From Bacteroidota bacterium (GTDB lineage: Bacteria > Bacteroidota > Bacteroidia > Chitinophagales > Chitinophagaceae): a stretch of 64,000 nt of DNA. Shown one piece after another: positions 56,918 to 64,000 of this stretch (the stretch's first letter is position 1; the number at the start of each line of letters is the position of its first letter). The position numbers and the translations under genes were made by a program. The stretch lies in assembly GCA_014190475.1 (NCBI GenBank), contig BJGL01000001.1:9870-73869 (forward strand), read 5' to 3'. Under the pieces are notes generated by a model. That model made no database searches. It was not told the origin of the DNA and was given only the letters and a program-made list of their open reading frames with translations.

Positions 56918-58588
56918 ATGGATCGCCGTGGTTTTTTTAATGAATTAACTGCAGGAGCAAAAAGCACTACACCCACCGTTGCAGTTGGACGGACTCAATC
57001 AGGTTTAAATCCCTACACGGGTCCCTGGACTGAGGAAGAAGTATTGCACTTATTAAGACGGGTACAATTTGGCGCAAAACGCAGTGATGTAGCTTATTTC
57101 CGAGGCCGAACAATGAATCAGTCTATTGATGAATTGTTGAATCCAACCGCTCCTGATCCAGCACCCCCCATCAAAGAATATGCTACTCCCACCACGGTTG
57201 GAGTGGTTCCTGATCCAACAGTAATGCAGGGAACTACCTGGATTAATAATGTAAACAACGACGGAACTATCCAGGGTTTGCGCAGAGCCTCCTATAAAAA
57301 ATGGTTAACGGGTAATATGATAAACCAGGATCGTAGCATCCGCGAAAAGATGATACTGTTCTGGACGGATCATTTTGGTAACGAATCTGTTGATGTTGGC
57401 ACTGCCAATCTGATTTATAACCAGCATGATTTGATCCGTAGACATGCATTAGGAAATTTCAAAAGCATGGTGCGTGATATCACGATTGATCCGGCCATGC
57501 TTCGTTATTTAAATGGTTATGTAAACCTTGCCACAGCTCCTGACGAAAACTATGCTCGGGAATTAATGGAGTTATTTACGCTTGGAAAAGGCCCTGACTC
57601 CAATTATACAGAGACCGATGTGAAAGAGGCAGCCAAGGTGTTAACCGGATGGACGATCAATTACAATACCTACCAGCCCAGCTTTGTGACCACTCGTCAT
57701 AGTACAGTCAATAAAACATTCTCCTCTTTTTTCAATAATACAGTAATTACTGGGCGCACAGGGACCACAGCTGGTCAATTAGAAATTGATGATCTGCTGA
57801 ATATGATTTTTGCGCAGCAAGAAGTGGCCAAGTTTATAGCACGTCGATTTTATCGCTGGTTTGTATATTATCAAATTGATGCAGAAGCGGAGCGGAATGT
57901 AATTACGCCACTTGCTGATATTTTCCGTAGTTCAGGCTATGAAATAAAGCCCATGCTCTCTGCTTTGTTAAAGAGTGAACACTTCTTTGATAAGATGAAC
58001 CGGGGTTGCTATATCAAATCACCTGCAGACCACGTGATTGGTTCATTGCGTGAAATGGATGCAACTTTTGCACCAGCCTCCGACTGGGATACCAATTATG
58101 GTTTATGGAATACGTTTTATTCTTGGATGGTCAATATGGGTCTGAACTTGCATGATCCTCCCAATGTTGCTGGTTTTCCTGCTTTCTACCAGGAACCTTC
58201 TTATCATGAATTATGGATTACCTCGGATAGTCTTCCCAAGCGGAATCAGTTTACAGATATCATGATTAGTACCGGGTATTTACGCAACAATGTACGCGTA
58301 CAATTCAACTGTGTGCAATGGGCACGTAGCTTACGTAACCCCGGCAATCCCAATGATCTGCTCAATGAGGCTCTAGCATTTTTATATCAAAATGCATTGA
58401 GTCAGGTTTCAAAGGATCAAATCAAAATGCAGATTCTGTTAACGGGTCAGCAATGGGATTATTATTGGACCAATGCGTGGATGGCGTATGAGTCCAACCC
58501 AACCACGGCCAATTTCAATATTGTTAACAACCGACTGAAATCACTTTTTCAATATTTGTTTAACCTTTCCGAATACCAGTTGATCTGA
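56918..58588 (+). CDS. DUF1800-family protein
   Basis: Family hallmarks HLLRRVQFGA, FWTDHFGNES, MLRYLNG, and NENYARELMELFTLGKG...TGW. 556 aa. Confidence 0.85.
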   Translation: MDRRGFFNELTAGAKSTTPTVAVGRTQSGLNPYTGPWTEEEVLHLLRRVQFGAKRSDVAYFRGRTMNQSIDELLNPTAPDPAPPIKEYATPTTVGVVPDPTVMQGTTWINNVNNDGTIQGLRRASYKKWLTGNMINQDRSIREKMILFWTDHFGNESVDVGTANLIYNQHDLIRRHALGNFKSMVRDITIDPAMLRYLNGYVNLATAPDENYARELMELFTLGKGPDSNYTETDVKEAAKVLTGWTINYNTYQPSFVTTRHSTVNKTFSSFFNNTVITGRTGTTAGQLEIDDLLNMIFAQQEVAKFIARRFYRWFVYYQIDAEAERNVITPLADIFRSSGYEIKPMLSALLKSEHFFDKMNRGCYIKSPADHVIGSLREMDATFAPASDWDTNYGLWNTFYSWMVNMGLNLHDPPNVAGFPAFYQEPSYHELWITSDSLPKRNQFTDIMISTGYLRNNVRVQFNCVQWARSLRNPGNPNDLLNEALAFLYQNALSQVSKDQIKMQILLTGQQWDYYWTNAWMAYESNPTTANFNIVNNRLKSLFQYLFNLSEYQLI

Positions 58589-58590
58589 GT

Positions 58591-60189
58591 ATGCAACGTA
58601 GAGACTTCTTATCGGGGGCCTTACCCATGGCTGCACTTCTGCCGGAGTTGATCAATGGCTACTCCGTCAAGGCATTCAATATGAATTCGCCACTGGTGCA
58701 GGCGTTGCTGCGTGGTAATACCCTCACGGATCATGTGTTGGTGATTGTACAATTATCCGGTGGTAATGATGGGTTGAATATGGTGATTCCCATTGCAGAT
58801 TATTCCAAATATTATAATGCCCGTACCAATATTGCAATACCTGAGAATGCAGTGCTTCCTATAGCCGGAGTTACAGGAACAGGGCTTCACCCCGCCATGA
58901 CCGGATTACAAAGTCTTTTTGCAGAGGGTAAAGCAAATGTGGTGCAGGCCGTTGGATATCCTCAACCGAACTTTTCACATTTCCGTGCAACGGATATTTG
59001 GATGAGTGCATCTAATAGTCGTCAGGAAGTTTTTAGTGGTTGGGCCGGTCGTTATTTAGATTATGAATATCCCAATTACCCAGTAGGTTATCCTAATGCT
59101 GATATGCCCGATCCATTAGCAATACAGATCGGTGGATTAACTTCTTTGACTTTACAGGGTCCCACCCGTAATATGGGAATGAGCATCACTAACCCTACTT
59201 CATTCTATAATTTGATTTCAGGCACGAACGATTACGCGCCCAACACCCGTGCAGGTAAGGAGTTGACCTATGTTCGTAATATCAACCGTCAAACACAGGG
59301 TTATGCTACCGTAATTCGTGCTGCTGCTAACGCTGTAACGGTTCAGTCTCCTTATCCAACTGGAAATTCTTTGGCGGATCAATTAAAAATTGTAGCCCGT
59401 TTAATAAAGGGCGGATTAAAGACACGCGTATACATGGTTAGTTTTGGTGGATTCGATACGCACTCCGTACAAGTAAATGCAGACAAGGTTACTGGATCTC
59501 ACGCTACCTTATTGGGTCGTGTATCTGCTGCAATCAAGGCTTTCCAAGATGATATTAAATTCTTAGGAGTAGAGGATCGTGTGTTGGGCATGACTTTTAG
59601 TGAGTTCGGTCGTCGTATTAAATCAAATTCTAGTACAGGAACTGACCATGGTGCTGCTGCGCCTCTCTTTTTATTTGGTAAACAAGTAGAAGCGGGTATG
59701 CTGGGTGTTAATCCTACAATACCGACCAACGCATTGGTGAATGACAACGTTCCCATGCAATATGATTTCAGAAGTATCTATGCTACGATATTGGAGAAGT
59801 GGTTTTGTTTGGATAAATCTATTGTTCAGTCTTTATTCCCTCCTGATATCAACACACAACTTCAAGTACTTCCCTTATTAAAGCCGGGAGCTTGTAATGG
59901 TGTTGCGCCTCCACCGCCTCCAGTAACCAACACTGATTTATTAGTCACGAATTTCCCGAACCCTTTCACGAGCCGTACTACCGTGCAGTTTACTACGGCA
60001 GGGGGTCATACTTTATTGCAAGTTTTTGATACGTTAGGCCGATTGATTACTGTGTTGACCAACCAGGAATATACCGCTGGAACGTATCGGATTGACTTTG
60101 ATAGTGAAGGATTGCCTGCTGGATTATATTATGCTCGATTCCAAAATGGAATTACACAACAGGTGCGGGCCATGATGAAAGTGCGCTAG
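58591..60189 (+). CDS. DUF1501-family protein with twin-arginine signal and T9SS type-A C-terminal domain
   Basis: MQRRDFLSGALPMAA Tat motif. DUF1501 hallmarks LSGGNDGLNMVIP, GGFDTHS, and FSEFGRRIKSNSSTGTDHG. A PPPPP linker, then FPNPFTSRTTVQF...GLYYARF...MKVR CTD. Confidence 0.85.
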   Translation: MQRRDFLSGALPMAALLPELINGYSVKAFNMNSPLVQALLRGNTLTDHVLVIVQLSGGNDGLNMVIPIADYSKYYNARTNIAIPENAVLPIAGVTGTGLHPAMTGLQSLFAEGKANVVQAVGYPQPNFSHFRATDIWMSASNSRQEVFSGWAGRYLDYEYPNYPVGYPNADMPDPLAIQIGGLTSLTLQGPTRNMGMSITNPTSFYNLISGTNDYAPNTRAGKELTYVRNINRQTQGYATVIRAAANAVTVQSPYPTGNSLADQLKIVARLIKGGLKTRVYMVSFGGFDTHSVQVNADKVTGSHATLLGRVSAAIKAFQDDIKFLGVEDRVLGMTFSEFGRRIKSNSSTGTDHGAAAPLFLFGKQVEAGMLGVNPTIPTNALVNDNVPMQYDFRSIYATILEKWFCLDKSIVQSLFPPDINTQLQVLPLLKPGACNGVAPPPPPVTNTDLLVTNFPNPFTSRTTVQFTTAGGHTLLQVFDTLGRLITVLTNQEYTAGTYRIDFDSEGLPAGLYYARFQNGITQQVRAMMKVR

Positions 60190-60198
60190 AAAGTAAAA

Positions 60199-60783
60199 TT
60201 AATCAGTGAGCCGGTGCCCGGCATTCACCCAATCTGTAATTTTTTGTTTATCCAGTGCGGTCAGCTGTCCATTTTGTGGCATAAAGGTGGGGAGCCCATT
60301 TACACAGCGTAATCGAATCCGGTCCCAACTGGCTACAATACTAGAATCCGTATCAAGATTTTTTCCACCGCTGGATCCGCCATTTAAGTGACATGGTCCA
60401 CAGTAACCCATCATCAACTGACGAACGGCTGCATACTTAGGCCCATATGCGGAAATCATCACATGAAGCGTATCGAAACACCCTTTTTGATTAATCACTT
60501 TCACAATATTATTTCCAGCTGCCAGACCCGTTAAATAAGGGCTTTGTTGTGGCGTGCCATTATTGACCGCGTATTTTAGAGTATCTCCCCGAGGAGTCAA
60601 TACGGTTATACTGCCATTGTTGACGCCTCCTATTGCTGCGGTCTTTACAATCTGAATATCATAGGAGGTGCCGGTACAGGGATCTGGGCCTTTGTCCTTA
60701 TTACATCCCAGGATCGTAACCCCCATAATTAGCAGGGCGGCTAGTAAGTAGCTGGGTTTGAAAAAAGTTGATTGAGCAAGCAT
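60199..60783 (-). CDS. lipoprotein with C-terminal mono-haem c-type cytochrome domain (planctomycete PSCyt1-like)
   Basis: Lipobox TILGC. CXXCH at 60388-60402 (CGPCH) and a distal TFMPQNGQLTALDKQKITDWVNAG segment. Start trimmed to MLAQSTFF at 60783. Confidence 0.65.
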   Translation of the reverse strand: MLAQSTFFKPSYLLAALLIMGVTILGCNKDKGPDPCTGTSYDIQIVKTAAIGGVNNGSITVLTPRGDTLKYAVNNGTPQQSPYLTGLAAGNNIVKVINQKGCFDTLHVMISAYGPKYAAVRQLMMGYCGPCHLNGGSSGGKNLDTDSSIVASWDRIRLRCVNGLPTFMPQNGQLTALDKQKITDWVNAGHRLTD

Positions 60784-60803
60784 ATCCGAATATAAAATAA
60801 TTT

Positions 60804-60850
60804 TTTTTGTAACATTGTTGCATTTTATATTTGCAACGTTGTTACAAAAT
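60804..60850. promoter_or_regulatory. 47-bp near-perfect palindrome (operator-like) in a divergent promoter region
   Basis: ttttTGTAACATTGTTGCA (60804-60822) and TGCAACGTTGTTACAaaaa (60832-60850) are inverted repeats matching at 17 of 19 positions. Four TGTWRCA-like half-sites. Confidence 0.5.
60826..60833 (+). promoter_or_regulatory. candidate -7 promoter box (TATATTTG) of the TonB-dependent receptor
   Basis: Perfect TAnnTTTG at the centre of the palindrome, 26 nt upstream of the ATG at 60860. A possible -33 TTTG lies at 60806-60809 (16-nt spacer). Confidence 0.4.
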
Positions 60851-60859
60851 TTATTACCC

Positions 60860-63283
60860 ATGCTTAGAAAATCTGGTATTATTCTTTTTGTTTTCTTTTC
60901 AATGCTTACAGGTAGTTTGAAGTCGGCTGGCCAGGGTCAAAATGGCCTGCAACTCAAGGGAACAGTGATTCATGCAATTACCAAGGAGCCATTGGCAGGC
61001 GCTACGTTGACTTTAGCAGATCTTCGAAGGAGTATACAAACTAACGAAAATGGATTCTATAGTATAAGTGGAATTGGGGCAGGCCACCATGTGATTGAAG
61101 TAACCTACACAGGTTATGCAACACAGGTGATTCATTTAGAAATGACACAATCACAGGAGCAAAATTTTTTCATGCTTCCTGTATTCCTGGAAAATCAAGG
61201 TGTTGTGATTACCGGGACCACAGCACCTACCAGCATAAGGAAGACGCCCGTTCCCATCACAATATTTCGTCAGACCGATTTAATGCGATCCGTTTCTGCC
61301 AACATTGTTGATGCATTAAGTCAGTTGCCGGGTGTATCTCAAATCACCACAGGGCCTGCCATTTCCAAACCCTTGATTAGGGGCTTGGGCAGTAACCGGG
61401 TAGTAGTGGTGAATGACGGAATTCGGCAAGAAGGACAGCAGTGGGGGGATGAACATGGGCTTGAAATTGATGAACTCAGCATTCAAAAAATTGAAGTAGT
61501 GAAGGGACCTGCTTCACTCTTGTATGGTAGTGATGCCCTAGCTGGAGTAATTCATTTTCAGTCGGCTCCTCCGGTTGAGGAAGGCACTATCAAAGGCCGA
61601 ATTTTATCGAATTATCAAACCAATGGCGGACTGATTTCCTCTCATGTTCGGTTGGCGGGTAACAACAATGGGTTTAACTGGAGTGGTTACGGCAGCGCTA
61701 AGTCCTCAGGGGACTATAAGAATAAAATGGATGGGCGTGTTCTCAATTCAAGATTTCAAGAGAACAACTGGGGAGGGCAGCTTGGTGTTAACAAGAAATG
61801 GGGTTATTCTCAATTACATTTTTCAAGCTTTGATCAGCGATTGGGTGTAGTGGAAGGAGAGCGAGATGCCAGTACTGGGCAGTTTATTCTTTATGGAGGA
61901 TCACCACTTGAACGAATCGCAACCGCTGAAGATTTAGCGGACCGTGCTGTACTGGTGCCTAACCAACGAGTACAGCATACAAAATTAGTTTCTGATAATT
62001 CCTTCCAAATTGGGCAAAGTCGACTCAAGTTAACCGTAGGCGCACAGCAAAATAGAAGACGGGAGTATGGAGAGGCAGAGGCTCCGGACGAAGAAGAATT
62101 ATTCTTTGATTTAAAAACATTGAACTATAATTTTCAATGGCAACTTCCCGAGCGAAAGGAGTGGCATACCACAATGGGAGTAAATGGAATGCGTCAGGCT
62201 AATCAAAATAGGGGAGAGGAAGTTTTGATACCTGCGTATCAGTTATTCGATGCTGGAATCTTCATGTATACGCAGCGTTTTATGAAGTCAGTAACCTGGA
62301 GTGGAGGGGTACGGCTCGACAGTAGATCTATACGCGGTGTGGCCTATGAGGAAGGAGGACAGCTCAAGTTTCCTGCTTTTAAAAAGCAATTTTCAAATTG
62401 GTCAGGAAGTCTTGGATTTAGTTATGAACCTTCTAACGATGTGGTTTTAAAAGTAAATCTTGCCAGAGGGTTCAGAGCTCCTTCCTTACCGGAGTTAGCC
62501 AGTAATGGAACACATGAAGGAACCAATCGTTATGAATATGGAACCTTAGACCTCCGATCTGAAACAAGTTGGCAAGGAGATGCGGGCTTGGATTTAGAGT
62601 ACGAACACTTTGGTCTTGCTGCCAGTGTGTTTTACAATCGTATCAATGATTTTATTTTTTATCGAAAACTGAGTGCGCTTTCCGGTGGTGATTCGCTGGT
62701 GCAAGTTGGCGGCGAAGAATTAACTGCATTTGTTTTTGAGCAGCAGAATGCAAGTTTGGCAGGGTTGGAGCTCACATTAGATATTCATCCCCATCCACTT
62801 CATTGGTTGCATATTGAAAATACTTTTTCGTTGGTGAGAGGACGTTTTTCAAAGGCGATTGATCCTAATACACCAGGAAGTGAGCACTTACCACTGATAC
62901 CAGCCCCACGATGGAATGCAGAAGTCCGGGGTGATTTTGAAAAGGGATTTGGTGCGTTCAGACAAGTATACTTCCGTTTTAACACACAGACCGTGTTTAC
63001 GCAAGACCGCTTTTTTAGTGGATACCAAACAGAAACCGAAACCCCTGGCTATTTATTAATGGATCTTGGTGTTGGAGCCAATTGGGTGGACCGGAAAAAA
63101 AATACACTTGCATCAATACATCTGGCTGTAACAAATTTGGGTGACGTTGCCTGGCAATCTCATACAAGTCGATTAAAATATACTGCAGATAATCCAGTTA
63201 ATGGACGGATGGGTGTATTTAATAGAGGACGAAATGTTTCGTTACGTGTCTTGGTGCCTTTTGGGTGGAAGTCAAAAAATTAG
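60860..63283 (+). CDS. TonB-dependent outer-membrane receptor with CarboxypepD_reg-like N-terminal domain
   Basis: Signal peptide, then LKGTVIHAITKEPLAGATLTL...GFYSI, a plug domain (KGPASLLYGSDALAGVIHF) and a long beta-barrel. Start trimmed to MLRKSGIILFVFF. Confidence 0.85.
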   Translation: MLRKSGIILFVFFSMLTGSLKSAGQGQNGLQLKGTVIHAITKEPLAGATLTLADLRRSIQTNENGFYSISGIGAGHHVIEVTYTGYATQVIHLEMTQSQEQNFFMLPVFLENQGVVITGTTAPTSIRKTPVPITIFRQTDLMRSVSANIVDALSQLPGVSQITTGPAISKPLIRGLGSNRVVVVNDGIRQEGQQWGDEHGLEIDELSIQKIEVVKGPASLLYGSDALAGVIHFQSAPPVEEGTIKGRILSNYQTNGGLISSHVRLAGNNNGFNWSGYGSAKSSGDYKNKMDGRVLNSRFQENNWGGQLGVNKKWGYSQLHFSSFDQRLGVVEGERDASTGQFILYGGSPLERIATAEDLADRAVLVPNQRVQHTKLVSDNSFQIGQSRLKLTVGAQQNRRREYGEAEAPDEEELFFDLKTLNYNFQWQLPERKEWHTTMGVNGMRQANQNRGEEVLIPAYQLFDAGIFMYTQRFMKSVTWSGGVRLDSRSIRGVAYEEGGQLKFPAFKKQFSNWSGSLGFSYEPSNDVVLKVNLARGFRAPSLPELASNGTHEGTNRYEYGTLDLRSETSWQGDAGLDLEYEHFGLAASVFYNRINDFIFYRKLSALSGGDSLVQVGGEELTAFVFEQQNASLAGLELTLDIHPHPLHWLHIENTFSLVRGRFSKAIDPNTPGSEHLPLIPAPRWNAEVRGDFEKGFGAFRQVYFRFNTQTVFTQDRFFSGYQTETETPGYLLMDLGVGANWVDRKKNTLASIHLAVTNLGDVAWQSHTSRLKYTADNPVNGRMGVFNRGRNVSLRVLVPFGWKSKN

Positions 63284-64000
63284 GCAGAAAGAATCGGTTG
63301 TTTACGTTCTCCTATTTGCTGGCGCCACATAGCATAGTAAAGTCCTTTTTGTACAAGTAGTTCTTCGTGTTTGCCTGTTTCTACAATTTCCCCCTTCTCC
63401 AGCACGTAAATTCTATCGGCGTGCATGATGGTAGAAAGTCGATGTGCAATCAGGATGGTGATTTGTGTACCTGCTTTTGAAACTTCTCGAATAGTAGTGG
63501 TGATCTCTTCCTCTGTCAGGGAGTCTAGTGCTGAAGTTGCTTCATCAAATAAAAGCAGTTTTGGTTTTCTAAGCAGGGCTCTTGCAATGGAGAGGCGCTG
63601 TTTTTCTCCGCCAGATAGTTTAAGTCCTCCTTCTCCAATCATTGTATCCAATCCATTTTCGGCACGAGTGAGTAAATTTTGACAGGATGCTTTATGTAAA
63701 ACCTCCAATAGCATGGCTTCCGTAGCTTGTGGGTTTACAAAAAAGAGATTTTCCCGAATGGTGCCAGAGAATAATTGTGTATCCTGTGTAACAAATCCAA
63801 TTTGATTTCGCAGATCTTCAAAATGAATACTGTTCTCGTCTATTCCGTTATACAAAATCTGACCACTGTCAGGTCGATACAACCCCACCAGTAGTTTCAT
63901 CATGGTCGTTTTACCCGAGCCGGAGGGTCCTACAAAAGCAATGGTTTCTCCCGCCTTCACCTTAAAGCTAATGCCATTGAGTGCTTTTTGAAGTGCAGTA
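63280..64000 (-). CDS. ABC exporter ATP-binding domain (MsbA-like fused permease/ATPase), 5'-truncated by the window edge
   Basis: Walker A GPSGSGKTT, signature LSGGEKQR, Walker B LLLFDEATSALD, H-loop IAHRL. The reading frame stays open to position 64000. Confidence 0.85.
   Translation of the reverse strand, partial: TALQKALNGISFKVKAGETIAFVGPSGSGKTTMMKLLVGLYRPDSGQILYNGIDENSIHFEDLRNQIGFVTQDTQLFSGTIRENLFFVNPQATEAMLLEVLHKASCQNLLTRAENGLDTMIGEGGLKLSGGEKQRLSIARALLRKPKLLLFDEATSALDSLTEEEITTTIREVSKAGTQITILIAHRLSTIMHADRIYVLEKGEIVETGKHEELLVQKGLYYAMWRQQIGERKQPILSA

Noticed and set aside
60784-60861. The maximal ORFs of the cytochrome c lipoprotein (to 60861) and the TonB-dependent receptor (from 60815) overlap each other across the whole divergent region.
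   Set aside because: The internal starts at 60783 and 60860 give a proper lipoprotein signal and a proper Sec signal respectively. They also free the 76-bp region that holds the palindrome and the -7 box.
1-64000. I looked for tRNA/rRNA genes, CRISPR repeats, IS elements, transposases, integrases, phage genes, toxin-antitoxin pairs, restriction-modification genes or other defence genes, and long direct or inverted DNA repeats.
   Set aside because: None was found by eye. Intergenic gaps are at most 190 bp, and every large ORF has a housekeeping or envelope-related assignment. The window looks like conserved core chromosome rather than an accessory island. A proper tRNAscan, Infernal and repeat-finder run would be needed to exclude small RNAs.

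Overview
This is a compact chromosomal core region, more than 90% coding, from a member of the Bacteroidota, probably Chitinophagia or Sphingobacteriia-like. Four things support that placement: T9SS C-terminal sorting domains, a PorP/SprF gene, recurrent Bacteroidetes-type -7 promoter boxes (TAnnTTTG), and signal peptides that cleave before Gln. I call about 58 protein genes. They include a complete 14-gene NADH:quinone oxidoreductase operon (nuoA-N, 10.2-23.3 kb) and an exbB-exbD-exbD-tonB module. Housekeeping genes are rlmN, hisS, mnmE, recG, hpt, dnaJ-grpE, recN, dnaB, rsmE and pyrD. There are also two stand-alone thiolases, and a 1199-aa beta-propeller/PKD T9SS type-B cargo protein next to its PorP/SprF partner. 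I found no tRNA, rRNA, CRISPR array, transposase, integrase, prophage or recognisable defence genes, so this is not an accessory island. The most interesting locus is at 56.9-63.3 kb. It holds a DUF1800/DUF1501 pair of unknown function, and the DUF1501 protein carries both a twin-arginine signal and a T9SS type-A C-terminal domain. Convergent to that pair is a small lipoprotein with a planctomycete-type CXXCH cytochrome c domain. Next comes a TonB-dependent receptor whose predicted promoter sits at the centre of a 47-bp near-perfect palindrome. Other points of note are a 115-aa protein that is essentially only a signal peptide plus a T9SS CTD, apparently leaderless promoter-to-ATG spacing at several genes, a truncated NuoG, and an orphan PstS-like/TPR pair. 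All functional calls come from motif recognition by eye in the supplied translations. No database searches were run.
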